64,000 nucleotides of DNA from NCBI RefSeq assembly GCF_009914755.1, contig NC_060939.1; one strand, 5' to 3'. Position 1 is the stretch's first letter; each line of letters starts with the position of its first letter. This document shows, piece after piece, positions 12,001-28,300 of this stretch. The position numbers and the translations under genes were made by a program. This DNA is from the human T2T-CHM13v2.0 reference genome, Homo sapiens. Below the pieces are notes generated by a model. That model was not told where the DNA came from. It made no database searches and saw nothing but the letters and a program-made list of their open reading frames with translations.

Positions 12001-15000
12001 CTCTATTCCATTCGAGTCCATTCCATTCCATTCCATTGCATTCCGTTCGAATCCCTATTCCATTCCATTTTGTTACTGTCCATTCCATTTGAGTCCATTC
12101 CATGCCAAACCATTCCATTCGATTCCATTCCAATAGATTCCATTGCAATCGAATCCAGTGCGTTCCATTCCATTGCTTTCCATTCCATTACATTCCATTG
12201 CATTACATTCCATTCCATTTGATTGCATTCCATTCAATTCCATTAATTTCGAATCAATTACATTGCAATCCATTGCATTAGAGTTCTATTCCAGTCCATT
12301 GCATTCTGGCGCATTCCGTTCCATTCCATTCCATTCGATTCCGTTCCATTCGAATCGATTGCATTGCAATGCTTTACATTCGAGTCCGTTTTATTCCAGT
12401 CCAATCCATTCCGGTCCATTCCGTTCGATTCCATTCCATTCGATGCCACTCCATACTATTGTATTTCATTCGATTCCATTCTATTCAAATAAATTCCATT
12501 CGAGACCATTCCTTTCGAGTCCATTCTATTTGAGTCCATTCCATTCGAGTACATTATATTTGGGTCCATTCCATTCAATTCCATTGCAATAGATTCCATT
12601 CGATGTCACTCCATTCATTTCTATTCCATTAGAGTCCATGTCATTCGAGTCCATTCCATTCTATTCTATTCCACTCCATTCCATTCCATTCCACTCCATT
12701 CCATTCGTTGCCGTTCCATTCAATTCTATTATATTCCACTCCATTTAATTCCATTCCATTCCATTCCATTCTATTCCATTCTATCCAATTCCGTTCCATT
12801 CTATTCCTTTAAAGTCCATTCCATTCCATTCCATTCGTTTCCATTCCATTCGAGTAAAGTCCACTCCAGTCCTTTCCATTCGAGTCCATTCCTCTCCAGT
12901 CCATTCCGTTCAATCCATTCCATTCCAGTCCATTCCATTCGAGTCCGTTCCATTCCAGTCCATTCCATTCGAGTCAATTCCATTCCATTCGATATCTTTC
13001 CATAACGATCCATTCCATTCTATTCCTGTCGATTCCATTCAATTCCATTCCATTCTATTTCATTCCATTCGATTCCCTTCCATTGGACTCCTTTCCATTC
13101 GAGTGCATTCCATTCCGTTCCATTTCTTTCTGTTCTGTATGATTCCTACCTTTCGATTTCATTTTGTTCCAGTCTATTCCTTTCACGTCCATTCCATTCC
13201 ATTTCTCTCCATTCGATTCCATTCCACTCGATTCCCCTCCGTTCCATTTCATTGCATTCCATTCTATTCAATTCTATTGCATTCCATTCCATTCCATTTG
13301 ATTACATTCCATGCGATTCCATTCGAATTCGAATCAATTACATTGAAATCCATTACTATTGAGTCCGTTTTACTCCAGTCCACTCCATTCTGCTCCATTC
13401 CATTTGATTCCATTCCATTCTATTCCATTCCGTACAGTTGCATTCCATTGGATTCCATTCTATATCTATAAATGCAACTCGAGACCATTGCTTTTGAGTC
13501 CATTCTATATGATTCCATTCCATTCAAGTCCATTACATTTGGTTCAATTCCATTCCATTCCATTCCCTTCCATTCCATTCCATTTGATATCAATCCATTC
13601 GATTCCATTCCATTCGAGCACATTCCAATCGAGTCCATTCCATTCGATGCCATACCATTTGATTCTATTCCATTAGACTCCATTCAATTCCATTAATCTC
13701 CATTCCATTCCATTCTACTCCAACTGATTCCATTCCATTCTATTCCTTTCCATTCCATTCCATTCCATTCGCTTCTATTCCATTCGTGTCCATTCCACTC
13801 CAGTCCATTCCATTCGTGTCCATTCCATTCCAGTCCATTCCATTTGTGTCCACTGCATTCCATTCCACTCCATTCCATATTATTCCATTACACTCCATTC
13901 CATTCTATTACTTTCATTTCCATTCAGTTCCATTCCATTTGATTCCATTCCACTCGGTTTCACTCCACTTGAGTCCATTCCATTCCATTCCATTCCATTC
14001 TGTTCCATTCCATTCCATTCCATTCCATTCCATTCCATTCGGTACCATTCCATATTGTTCCATTCGATTCCATTCGAATCCATTCCATTCCAGTCCATTC
14101 CATTCGATTCCATTCCATTCCTTTCAATTCCATTCCATTCCATTCGATTCCACTTGATTCCACTCCATTCCCTTCTACTGCATTCCATTCGATTCCATTC
14201 CATTGCATTGCATTCCATTCCATTGGATTGCATTCCATTCGATTCCATTCCATTCGAATCAATTACATAGCAATCCATTACATTCGAGTCTGTTCTATTC
14301 CGTTGCACTCGATTTCGTTCCAATCCATTCGATTCCATTCCATTCGATTCCATTCCATACTATTGCATTCCATTCGATTAAATTATATTCGAATAAATTC
14401 CATTCAAGACCATTTCTGTTGAGTCCATTCTACTTGAGTCCATTCCCTTTGATTCCATAACATTGGAGTCCATTCAATTCCATTCCTTTCGTTTCCATTC
14501 CATTTGATGCCATTCCATTCAATTCTGTTCTACTCGACTCCAATACATTCAATTCCATTCCATCCGATTCCATTACATTCTTTTCATTTCTTATCCATTT
14601 CAAGCCATTCCATTCCATTCCATTCCACTCGTTTCCTTTCCATTCGAGTCCATTCCACTCCAGTCCATTCCATTCGAATCCATTTCACTCCAGTCCATTC
14701 CATTCGAATCCGTTTCACTCCAGTCCATTAAATTCGAGTACATTCCATTACATTCTATTCAATGCCATTCCATTCGATTCTATTCCATTCGGCACCATTC
14801 CTTTCCATTCCGTTCCATCCGATTCCATTCCATTGTATTCCATTCCATTGCATTCCATTGCATTCCATTCGTTTCCATTCCATTCGAATTCATTCCACTC
14901 AAGTCCATTCCATTCGAGTCCATTCCATTCGATATCATTCCATACTATTGCATTCCATTTGATTCCATTGTTTTCGAATAAATTCCAACCGAGACCATTC

Positions 15001-18000
15001 CTTTTGTGTCCTTTCTATTTGACTGCATTCCATTTGAGTCCATTAAATTTCTGCACATTCCATTCCTTTCCATTCCATTCCATTCCATTCCTTTCGTAGC
15101 CATTCCATTCCACTCTACTCCATTCAAGTCCATTCCATTTGAGTCCATTCCACTGATTCGATGCCATTACATTCAATTCTATTCCATTCGAATCCATTCC
15201 ATTCCATTTCCTTCCAAACGATTCCATTCCATTCTATTACTTTCTATTCCAATCCATTCCATTCCGTTCCATTCGTTTCCGTTCCATTCCTTTCCATTCC
15301 ATTCGAGTCCACTCCATTCCATTCCATTCCATTCGATTCCATTCCATTCCAGTCCATTCCATTCAAGTCCATTCCACTCCATTCCATTCCATTCGATATC
15401 TTTGATAACACCCCATTCCATTCTGCTCCTTACAATTCAATTCAATTCCAGTCCATTTGATTCCATTCCATTTGATTACATTCCATTCGACTCCATTCCA
15501 TTCGACTCTATTCCATTCGAGTCCATTCCATTCCATTCCATTGCATTCCGTTCGAATCCCTATTCCATTCCATTTTGTTACTGTCCATTCCATTGGAGTC
15601 CATTCCATGCCAAACCATTCCATTCGATTCCATTCCAATAGGTTCAATTGCACTAGAATCCAGTGCGTTCCATTCCATTGCTTTCCATTCTATTACATTC
15701 CATTGCATTACATTCCATTCCATTTGATTGCATTCCATTCAATTCCATTAACTTCGAATCAATTACATTGCAAACCATTGCATTAGAGTTCTATTCCAGT
15801 CCATTGCATTCCGGCGCATTCCGTTCCATTCCATTCCAATCGATTCCGTTCCATTCGAATCGATTGCATTGCAATGCTTTACATTCGAGTCCGTTTTATT
15901 CCAGTCCAATCCATTCCGTTCCATTCCGTTCGATTCCATTCCATTCGATGCCACTCCATACTATTGTATTTCATTCGATTCCATTCTATTCAAATAAATT
16001 CCATTCGAGACCATTCCTTTCGAGTCCATTCTATTTGAGTCCATTCCATTCGAGTCCATTATATTTGGGTCCATTCCATTCAATTCCATTGCAATCGATT
16101 CCATTCGATGTCACTCCATTCATTTCTATTCCATTAGAGTCCATGTCATTCGAGTCCATTCCATTCTATTCTATTCCACTCCATTCCATTCCATTCCACT
16201 CCATTCCATTCGTTGCCGTTCCATTCAATTCTATTATATTCCACTCCATTTAATTCCATTCCATTCCATTCCATTCTATTCCATTCTGTCCAATACCGTT
16301 CCATTCTATTCCTTTAAAGTCCATTCCATTCCATTCCATTCGTTTCCATTCCATTCGAGTAAAGTCCACTCCAGTCCTTTCCATTCGAGTCCATTCCTCT
16401 CCAGTCCATTCCGTTCAATCCATTCCATTCCAGTCCATTCCATTCGAGTCCGTTCCATTCCAGTCCATTCCATTCGAGTCAATTCCATTCCATTCGATAT
16501 CTTTCCATAACGATCCATTCCATTCTATTCCTGTCGATTCCATTCAATTCCATTCCATTCTATTTCATTCCATTCGATTCCCTTCCATTGGACTCCTTTC
16601 CATTCGAGTGCATTCCATTCCATTCCATTTCTTTCTGTTCTGTATGATTCCTACCGTTCGATTTCATTTTGTTCCAGTCTATTCCTTTCACGTCCATTCC
16701 ATTCCATTTCACTCCATTCGATTCCATTCCACTCGATTCCCCTCCGTTCCATTTCATTGCATTCCATTCTATTCAATTCTATTGCATTCCATTCCATTCC
16801 ATTTGATTACATTCCATGCGATTCCATTCGAATTCGAATCAATTACATTGAAATCCATTACTATTGAGTCCGTTTTACTCCAGTCCACTCCATTCTGCTC
16901 CATTCCATTTGATTCCATTCCATTCTATTCCATTCCCTACAGTTGCATTCCATTGGAGTCCATTCTATATCTATAAATGCAACTCGAGACCATTGCTTTT
17001 GAGTCCATTCTATATGATTCCATTCCATTCAAGTCCATTACATTTGGTTCAATTCCATTCCATTCCATTCCCTTCCATTCCATTCCATTTGATATCAATC
17101 CATTCGATTCCATTCCATTCGAGCACATTCCAATCGAGTCCATTCCATTCGATGCCATTCCATTTGATTCTATTCCATTAGACTCCATTCAATTCCATTA
17201 ATCTCCATTCCATTCCATTCTACTCCAACTGATTCCATTCCATTCTATTCCTTTCCATTCCATTCCATTCCATTCGCTTCCATTCCATTCGTTTCCATTC
17301 CACTCCAGTCCATTCCATTCGTGTCCATTCCATTCCAGTCCATTCCATTTGTGTCCACTGCATTCCATTCCACTCCATTCCATATTATTCCATTACACTC
17401 CATTCCATTCTATTACTTTCATTTCCATTCAGTTCCATTCCATTTGATTCCATTCCACTCGGTTTCACTCCATTTGAGTCCATTCCATTCCATTCCATTC
17501 CATTCTGTTCCATTCCATTCCATTCCATTCCATTCCATTCCATTCGGTACCATTCCATATTGTTCCATTCGATTCCATTCGAATCCATTCCATTCCAGTC
17601 CATTCCATTCGATTCCATTCCATTCCTTTCAATTCCATTCCATTCCATTCGATTCCACTTGATTCCACTCCATTCCCTTCCACTGCATTCCATTCGATTC
17701 CATTCCATTGCATTGCATTCCATTCCATTGGATTGCATTCCATTCGATTCCATTCCATTCGAATCAATTACATAGCAATCCATTACATTCGAGTCTGTTC
17801 TATTCCGTTGCACTCGATTTCGTTCCAATCCATTCGATTCCATTCCATTCGATTCCATTCCATACTATTGCATTCCATTCGATTAAGTTATATTCGAATA
17901 AACTCCATTCAAGACCATGTCTGTTGAGTCCATTCTACTTGAGTCCATTCCCTTTGATTCCATAACATTTGAGTCCATTCAATTCCATTCCTTTCGTTTC

Positions 18001-19314
18001 CATTCCATTTGATGCCATTCCATTCAATTCTGTTCTACTCGACTCCAATACATTCAATTCCATTCCATCCGATTCCATTACATTCTTTTCATTTCTTATC
18101 CATTTCAAGCCATTCCATTCCATTCCATTCCACTCGTTTCCTTTCCATTCGAGTCCATTCCACTCCAGTCCATTCCATTCGAATCCATTTCACTCCAGTC
18201 CATTCCATTCGAATCCGTTTCACTCCAGTCCATTAAATTCGAGTACATTCCATTCCATTCTATTCAATGCCATTCCATTCGATTCTATTCCATTCGACAC
18301 CATTCCTTTCCATTCCGTTCCATCCGATTCCATTCCATTGCATTCCATTCGTTTCCATTCCATTCGAATTCATTCCACTCAAGTCCATTCCATTCGAGTC
18401 CATTCCATTCGATATCATTCCATACTATTGCATTCCATTCGATTCCATTGTTTTCGAATAAATTCCAACCGAGACCATTCCTTTTGTGTCCTTTCTATTT
18501 GACTGCATTCCATTTGAGTCCATTAAATTTATGCACATTCCATTCCTTTCCATTCCATTCCATTCCATTCCTTTCGGTGCCATTCCATTCCACTCTACTC
18601 CATTCAAGTCCATTCCATTTGAGTCCATTCCATTGATTCGATGCCATTACATTCAATTCTATTCCATTCGAATCCATTCCATTCCATTTCCTTCCAAACG
18701 ATTCCATTCCATTCTATTACTTTCTATTCCAATCCATTCCATTCCGTTCCATTCGTTTCCAATCCATTCGAGTCCACTCCATTCCAGTCCATTCCATTCG
18801 ATTCCATTCCATTCCAGTCCATTCCATTCAAGTCCATTCCACGGCATTCCATTCCATTCGATATATTTTGATAACACCCCATTCCATTCTGCTCCTTACA
18901 ATTCAATTCAATTCCAGTCCAGTTGATTCCATTCCATTTGATTACATTCCATTCGACTCCATTCCATTCGACTCTATTCCATTCGAGTACATTCCATTCC
19001 ATTCCATTGCATTCCGTTCGAATCCCTATTCCATTCCATTTTGTTACTGTCCATTCCATTTGAGTCCATTCCATGCCAAACCATTCCATTCGATTCCATT
19101 CCAATAGATTCCATTGCACTCGAATCCAGTGCGTTCCATTCCATTGCTTTCCATTCTATTACATTCCATTGCATTACATTCCATTCCATTTGATTGCATT
19201 CCATTCAATTCCATTAATTTCGAATCAATTACATTGCAATCCATTGCATTAGAGTTCTATTCCAGTCCATTGCATTCTGGCGCATTCCGTTCCATTCCAT
19301 TCCATTCGATTCCG
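1..19314 (+). repeat. 19,314-bp higher-order super-repeat, copy 1 (five ~3.48 kb units plus one 1,915-bp unit)
   Basis: Landmarks and ORF-track coordinates recur at +19,314 (174/19488, 2373/21687, 5849/25163, 9046/28360, 12801/32115, KpnI 3598/22912 and 17546/36860). 1915+3476+3486+3466+3505+3466=19314. Confidence 0.93.
671..2585 (+). repeat. Internally deleted A unit, 1,915 bp (junction ~921-930, lacks the KpnI-bearing ~1.56 kb)
   Basis: After CCATTTCATTGCATTCCATTCTATTC the sequence jumps to CATTGCATTCCATTCGTTTCCATTCCATTCGAATTCATTCCACTCAAG, which lies ~1.56 kb further on in full units. Confidence 0.9.
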
Positions 19315-22300
19315 TTCCATTCGAATCGATTGCATTGCAATGCTTTACATTCGAGTCCGTTTTATTCCAGTCCAATCCATTCCGGTCCATTCCGTTCGAT
19401 TCCATTCCATTCGATGCCACTCCGTACTATTGTATTTCATTCGATTCCATTCTATTCAAATAAATTCCATTCGAGACCATTCCTTTCATGTCCATTCTAT
19501 TTGAGTCCATTCCATTCGAGTCCATTATATTTGGGTCCATTCCATTCAATTCCATTGCAATCGATTCCATTCGATGTCACTCCATTCATTTCTATTCCAT
19601 TAGAGTCCATGTCATTCGAGTCCATTCCATTCTATTCTATTCCACTCCATTCCATTCCATTCCACTCCATTCCATTCGTTGCCGTTCCATTCAATTCTAT
19701 TATATTCCACTCCATTTAATTCCATTCCATTCCATTCCATTCTATTCCATTCTATCCAATTCCGTTCCATTCTATTCCTTTAAAGTCCATTCCATTCCAT
19801 TCCATTCGTTTCCATTCCATTCGAGTAAAGTCCACTCCAGTACTTTCCATTCGAGTCCATTCCTCTCCAGTCCATTCCGTTCAATCCATTCCATTCCAGT
19901 CCATTCCATTCGAGTCCGTTCCATTCCAGTCCATTCCATTCGAGTCAATTCCATTCCATTCGATATCTTTCCATAACGATCCATTCCAATCTATACCTTT
20001 CGATTCCATTCAATTCCATTCCATTCTATTTCATTCCATTCGATTCCCTTCCATTGGACTCCTTTCCATTCGAGTGCATTCCATTCCGTTCCATTTCTTT
20101 CTGTTCTGTATGATTCCTACCGTTCGATTTCATTTTGTTCCAGTCTATTCCTTTCAAGTCCATTCCATTCCATTTCACTCCATTCGATTCCATTCCACTC
20201 GATTCCACTCCGTTCCATTTCATTGCATTCCATTCTATTCCATTCCATTGCATTCCATTGCATTCCATTCGTTTCCATTCCATTCGAATTCATTCCACTC
20301 AAGTCCATTCCATTCGAGTCCATTCCTTTCGATATCATTCCATACTATTGCATTCCATTCGATTCCATTGTTTTCGAATAAATTCCAACCGAGACCATTC
20401 CTTTTGTGTCCATTCTATTTGACTGCATTCCATTTGAGTCCATTAAATTTCTGCACATTCCATTCCTTTCCATTCCATTCCATTCCATTCCTTTCGGTGC
20501 CATTCCATTCCACTCTACTCCATTCAAGTCCATTCCATTTGAGTCCATTCCATTGATTCGATGCCATTACATTCAATTCTATTCCATTCGAATCCATTCC
20601 ATTCCATTTCCTTCCAAACGATTCCATTCCATTCTATTACTTTCTATTCCAATCCATTCCATTCCGTTCCATTCGTTTCCATTCCATTCGAGTCCACTCC
20701 ATTCCAGTCCATTCCATTCGATTCCATTCCATTCCAGTCCATTCCATTCAAGTCCATTCCACTCCATTCCATTCCATTCGATATCTTTTGATAACAACCC
20801 ATTCCATTCTGCTCCTTACAATTCAATTCAATTCCAGTCCATTTCATTCCATTCCATTTGATTACATTCCATTCGACTCCATTCCATTCGACTCTATTCC
20901 ATTCGAGTCCATTCCATTCCATTCCATTGCATTCCTTTCGAATCCCTATTCCATTCCATTTTGTTACTGTCCATTCCATTTGAGTCCATTCCATGCCAAA
21001 CCATTCCATTCGATTCCATTCCAATAGATTCCATTGCACTCGAATCCAGTGCGTTCCATTCCATTGCTTTCCATTCTATTACATTCCATTGCATTACATT
21101 CCATTCCATTTGATTGCATTCCATTCAATTCCATTAATTTCGAATCAATTACATTGCAATCCATTGCATTCGAGTTCTATTCCAGTCCATTGCATTCCGG
21201 CGCATTCCGTTCCATTCCATTCCATTCGATTCCGTTCCATTCGAATCGATTGCATTGCAATGCATTACATTCGAGTCCGTTTTATTCCAGTCCAATCCAT
21301 TCCGGTCCATTCCGTTCGATTCCATTCCATTCGATGCCACTCCATACTATTGTATTTCATTCGATTCCATTCTATTCAAATAAATTCCATTCGAGACCAT
21401 TCCTTTCATGTCCATTCTATTTGAGTCCATTCCATTCGAGTCCATTATATTTGGGTCCATTCCATTCAATTCCATTGCAATCCATTCCATTCGATGTCAC
21501 TCCATTCATTTCTATTCCATTAGAATCCATGTCATTCGAGTCCATTCCATTCTATTCTATTCCACTCCATTCCATTCCATTCCACTCCATTCCATTCGTT
21601 GCCGTTCCATTCAATTCTATTATATTCCACTCCATTTAATTCCATTCCATTCCATTCCATTCCATTCTATCCAATTCCGTTCCATTCTATTCCTTTAAAG
21701 TCCATTCCATTCCATTCCATTCGTTTCCATTCCATTCTAGTAAAGTCCACTCCAGTCCTTTCCATTCGAGTCCATTCCTCTCCAGTCCATTCCGTTCAAT
21801 CCATTCCATTCCAGTCCATTCCATTCGAGTCCGTTCCATTCCAGTCCATTCCATTCGAGTCAATTCCATTCCATTCGATATCTTTCCATAACGATCCATT
21901 CCATTCTATTCCTTTCGATTCCATTCAATTCCATTCCATTCTATTTCATTCCATTCGATTCCCTTCCATTGGACTCCTTTCCATTCGAGTGCATTCCATT
22001 CCGTTCCATTTCTTTCTGTTCTGTATGATTCCTACCGTTCGATTTCATTTTGTTCCAGTCTATTCCTTTCAAGTCCATTCCATTCCATTTCACTCCATTC
22101 GATTCCATTCCACTCGATTCCACTCGGTTCCATTTCATTGCATTCCATTGTATTCAATTCTATTGCATTCCATTCCATTCCATTTGATTACATTCCATCC
22201 GATTCCATTCGAATTCCAATCAATTACATTGCAATCCATTACTATTGAGTCCGTTTTATTCCAGTCCACTCCATTCTGGTCCATTCCATTTGATTCCATT

Positions 22301-25300
22301 CCATTCTATTCCATTCCGTACAGTTGCATTCCATTGGATTCCATTCTATATCTATAAATGCAACTCGAGACCATTGCTTTTGAGTCCATTCTATATGATT
22401 CCATTCCATTCAAGTCCATTATATTTGGTTCAATTCCATTCCATTCCATTCCCTTCCATTCCATTCCATTTGATATCAATCCATTCGATTCCATTCCATT
22501 CGAGCACATTCCATTCGAGTCCATTCCATTCGATGCCATTCCATTTCATTCTATTCCATAAGTCTCCATTCAATTCCATTAATCTCCATTCCATTCCATT
22601 CTACTCCAACTGATTCCATTCCATTCTATTCCTTTCCATTACATTCGCTTCTATTCCATTCGTGTCCATTCCACTCCAGTCCATTCCATTCGTGTGCATT
22701 CCATTCCAGTCCATTCCATTTGTGTCCACTGCATTCCATTCCACTCCATTCCATATTATTCCATTACACTCCATTCCATTCTATTACTTTCATTTCCATT
22801 CAGTTCCATTACATTTGATTCCATTCCACTCGGTTTCACTCCATTTGAGTCCATTCCATTCCATTCCATTCCATTCTGTTCCATTCCATTCCATTCCATT
22901 CCATTCCATTCGGTACCATTCCATATTGTTCCATTCGATTCCATTCGAATCCATTCCATTCCAGTCCATTCCATTCGATTCCATTCCATTCCTTTCAATT
23001 CCATTCCATTCCATTCGATTCCACTTGATTCCACTCCATTCCCTTCCACTGCATTCCATTCGATTCCATTCCATTGCATTGCATTCCATTCCATTGGATT
23101 GCATTCCATTCGATTCCATTCCATTCGAATCAATTACATAGCAATCCATTACATTCGAGTCTGTTCTATTCCGTTGCACTCGATTTCGTTCCAATCCATT
23201 CGATTCCATTCCATTCGATTCCATTCCATACTATTGCATTCCATTCGATTAAATTATATTCGAATAAATTCCATTCAAGACCATTTCTGTTGAGTCCATT
23301 CTACGTGAGTCCATTCCCTTTGATTCCATAACATTTGAGTCCATTCAATTCCATTCCTTTCGTTTCCATTCCATTTGATGCCATTCCATTCAATTCTGTT
23401 CTACTCGACTCCAATACATTCAATTCCATTCCAACCGATTCCATTACATTCTTTTCATTTCTTATCCATTTCAAGCCATTCCATTCCATTCCATTCCACT
23501 CGTTTCCTTTCCATTCGAGTCCATTCCACTCCAGTCCATTCCATTCGAATCCATTTCACTCCAGTCCATTCCATTCGAATCCGTTTCACTCCAGTCCATT
23601 AAATTCGAGTACATTCCATTCCATTCTATTCAATGCCATTCCATTCGATTCTATTCCATTCGACACCATTCCTTTCCATTCCGTTCCATCCGATTCCATT
23701 CCATTGTATTCCATTCAATTCCATTCCATTGCATTCCATTCGTTTCCATTCCATTCGAATTCATTCCACTCAAGTCCATTCCATTCGAGTCCATTCCATT
23801 CGATATCATTCCATACTATTGCATTCCATTCGATTCCATTGTTTTCGAATAAATTCCAACCGAGACCATTCCTTTTGTGTCCTTTCTATTTGACTGCATT
23901 CCATTTGAGTCCATTAAATTTCTGCACATTCCATTCCTTTCCATTCCATTCCATTCCATTCCTTTCGGTGCCATTCCATTCCACTCTACTCCACTCAAGT
24001 CCATTCCATTTGAGTCCATTCCATTGATTCGATGCCATTACATTCAATTCTATTCCATTCGAATCCATTCCATTCCATTTCCTTCCAAACGATTCCATTC
24101 CATTCTATTACTTTCTATTCCAATCCATTCCATTCCGTTCCATTCGTTTCCAATCCATTCGAGTCCACTCCATTCCAGTCCATTCCATTCGATTCCATTC
24201 CATTCCAGTCCATTCCATTCAAGTCCATTCCACGGCATTCCATTCCATTCGATATATTTTGATAACACCCCATTCCATTCTGCTCCTTACAATTCAATTC
24301 AATTCCAGTCCATTTGATTCCATTCCATTTGATTACATTCCATTCGACTCCATTCCATTCGACTCTATTCCATTCGAGTACATTCCATTCCATTCCATTG
24401 CATTCCGTTCGAATCCCTATTCCATTCCATTTTGTTACTGTCCATTCCATTTGAGTCCATTCCATGCCAAACCATTCCATTCGATTCTATTCCAATAGAT
24501 TCCATTGCACTCGAATCCAGTGCGTTCCATTCCATTGCTTTCCATTCTATTACATTCCATTGCATTACATTCCATTCCATTTGATTGCATTCCATTCAAT
24601 TCCATTAATTTCGAATCAATTACATTGCAATCCATTGCATTAGAGTTCTATTCCAGTCCATTGGATTCTGGCGCATTCCGTTCCATTCCATTCCATTCGA
24701 TTCCGTTCCATTCGAATCGATTGCATTGCAATGCTTTACATTCGAGTCCGTTTTATTCCAGTCCAATCCATTCCGGTCCATTCCGTTCGATTCCATTCTA
24801 TTCGATGCCACTCCGTACTATTGTATTTCATTCGATTCCATTCTATTCAAATAAATTCCATTCGAGACCATTCCTTTCATGTCCATTCTATTTGAGTCCA
24901 TTCCATTCGAGTCCATTATATTTGGGTCCATTCCATTCAATTCCATTGCAATCGATTCCATTCGATGTCACTCCATTCATTTCTATTCCATTAGAGTCCA
25001 TGTCATTCGAGTCCATTCCATTCTATTCTATTCCACTCCATTCCATTCCATTCCACTCCATTCCATTCGTTGCCGTTCCATTCAATTCTATTATATTCCA
25101 CTCCATTTAATTCCATTCCATTCCATTCCATTCTATTCCATTCTATCCAATTCCGTTCCATTCTATTCCTTTAAAGTCCATTCCATTCCGTTCCATTCGT
25201 TTCCATTCCATTCGAGTAAAGTCCACTCCAGTACTTTCCATTCGAGTCCATTCCTCTCCAGTCCATTCCGTTCAATCCATTCCATTCCAGTCCATTCCAT

Positions 25301-28300
25301 TCGAGTCCGTTCCATTCCAGTCCATTCCATTCGAGTCAATTCCATTCCATTCGATATCTTTCCATAACGATCCATTCCATTCTATTCCTTTCGATTCCAT
25401 TCAATTCCATTCCATTCTATTTCATTCCATTCGATTCCCGTCCATTGGACTCCTTTCCATTCGAGTGCATTCCATTCCGTTCCATTTCTTTCTGTTCTGT
25501 ATGATTCCTACCGTTCGATTTCATTTTGTTCCAGTCTATTCCTTTCACGTCCATTCCATTCCATTTCACTCCATTCGATTCCATTCCACTCGATTCCCCT
25601 CCGTTCCATTTCATTGCATTCCATTCTATTCAATTCTATTGCATTCCATTCCATTCCATTTGATTACATTCCATGCGATTCCATTCGAATTCGAATCAAT
25701 TACATTGAAATCCATTACTATTGAGTCCGTTTTACTCCAGTCCACTCCATTCTGCTCCATTCCATTTGATTCCATTCCATTCTATTCCATTCCGTACAGT
25801 TGCATTCCATTGGATTCCATTCTATATCTATAAATGCAACTCGAGACCATTGCTTTTGAGTCCATTCTATATGATTCCATTCTATTCAAGTCCATTACAT
25901 TTGGTTCAATTCCATTCCATTCCATTCCCTTCCATTCCATTCCATTTGATATCAATCCATTCGATTCCATTCCATTCGAGCACATTCCAATCGAGTCCAT
26001 TCCATTCGATGCCATTCCATTTGATTCTATTACATTAGACTCCATTCAATTCCATTAATCTCCATTCCATTCCATTCTACTCCAACTGATTCCATTCCAT
26101 TCTATTCCTTTCCATTCCATGCCATTCCATTCGCTTCTATTCCATTCGTGTCCATTCCACTCCAGTCCATTCCATTCGTGTGCATTCCATTCCAGTCCAT
26201 TCCATTTGTGTCCACTGCATTCCATTCCACTCCATTCCATATTATTCCATTACACTCCATTCCATTCTATTACTTTCATTTCCATTCAGTTCCATTCCAT
26301 TTGATTCCATTCCACTCGGTTTCACTCCATTTGAGTCCATTCCATTCCATTCCATTCCATTCTGTTCCATTCCATTCCATTCCATTCCATTCCATTCCAT
26401 TCGGTACCATTCCATATTGTTCCATTCGATTCCATTCGAATCCATTCCATTCCAGTCCATTCCATTCGATTCCATTCCATTCCTTTCAATTCCATTCCAT
26501 TCCATTCGATTCCACTTGATTCCACTCCATTCCCTTCCACTGCATTCCATTCGATTCCATTCCATTGCATTGCATTCCATTCCATTGGATTGCATTCCAT
26601 TCGATTCCATTCCATTCGAATCAATTACATAGCAATCCATTACATTCGAGTCTGTTCTATTCCGTTGCACTCGATTTCGTTCCAATCCATTCGATTCCAT
26701 TCCATTCGATTCCATTCCATACTATTGCATTCCATTCGATTAAATTATATTCGAATAAATTCCATTCAAGACCATTTCTGTTGAGTCCATTCTACTTGAG
26801 TCCATTCCCTTTGATTCCATAACATTTGAGTCCATTCAATTCCATTCCTTTCGTTTCCATTCCATTTGATGCCATTCCATTCAATTCTGTTCTACTCGAC
26901 TCCAATACATTCAATTCCATTCCAACCGATTCCATTACATTCTTTTCATTTCTTATCCATTTCAAGCCATTCCATTCCATTCCATTCCACTCGTTTCCTT
27001 TCCATTCGAGTCCATTCCACTCCAGTCCATTCCATTCGAAACCATTTCACTCCAGTCCATTCCATTCGAATCCGTTTCACTCCAGTCCATTAAATTCGAG
27101 TACATTCCATTCCATTCTATTCAATGCCATTCCATTCGATTCTATTCCATTCGACACCATTCCTTTCCATTCCGTTCCATCCGATTCCATTCCATTGTAT
27201 TCCATTCAATTGCATTCCATTCGTTTCCATTCCATTCGATTTCATTCCACTCAAGTCCATTCCATTCGAGTCCATTCCATTCGATATCATTCCATACTAT
27301 TGCATTCCATTCGATTCCATTGTTTTCGAATAAATTCCAACCGAGACCATTCCTTTTGTGTCCTTTCTATTTGACTGCATTCCATTTGAGTCCATTAAAT
27401 TTCTGCACATTCCATTCCTTTCCATTCCTTTCCATTCCATTCCTTTCGGTGCCATTCCATTCCACTCTACTCCATTCAAGTCCATTCCATTTGAGTCCAT
27501 TCCATTGATTCGATGCCATTACATTCAATTCTATTTCATTCGAATCCATTCCATTCCATTTCCTTCCAAACGATTCCATTCCATTCTATTACTTTCTATT
27601 CCAATCCATTCCATTTCGTTCCATTCGTTTCCATTCCATTCGAGTCCACTCCATTCCAGTCCATTCCATTCGATTCCATTCCATTCCAGTCCATTCCATT
27701 CAAGTCCATTCCACTCCATTCCATTCCATTCGATATCTTTTGATAACACCCCATTCCATTCTGCTCCTTACAATTCAATTCAATTCCAGTCCATTTGATT
27801 CCATTCCATTTGATTACATTCCATTCGACTCCATTCCATTCGACTCTATTCCATTCGAGTCCATTCCATTCCATTCCATTGCATTCCGTTCGAATCCCTA
27901 TTCCATTCCATTTTGTTACTGTCCATTCCATTTGAGTCCATTCCATGCCAAACCATTCCATTCGATTCCATTCCAATAGATTCCATTGCACTCGAATCCA
28001 GTGCGTTCCATTCCATTGCTTTCCATTCCATTACATTCCATTGCATTACATTCCATTCCATTTGATTGCATTCCATTCAATTCCATTAATTTCGAATCAA
28101 TTACATTGCAATCCATTGCATTCGAGTTCTATTCCAGTCCATTGCATTCCGGCGCATTCCGTTCCATTCCATTCCATTCGATTCCGTTCCATTCGAATCG
28201 ATTGCATTGCAATGCATTACATTCGAGTCCGTTTTATTCCAGTCCAATCCATTCCGGTCCATTCCGTTCGATTCCATTCCATTCGATGCCACTCCATACA

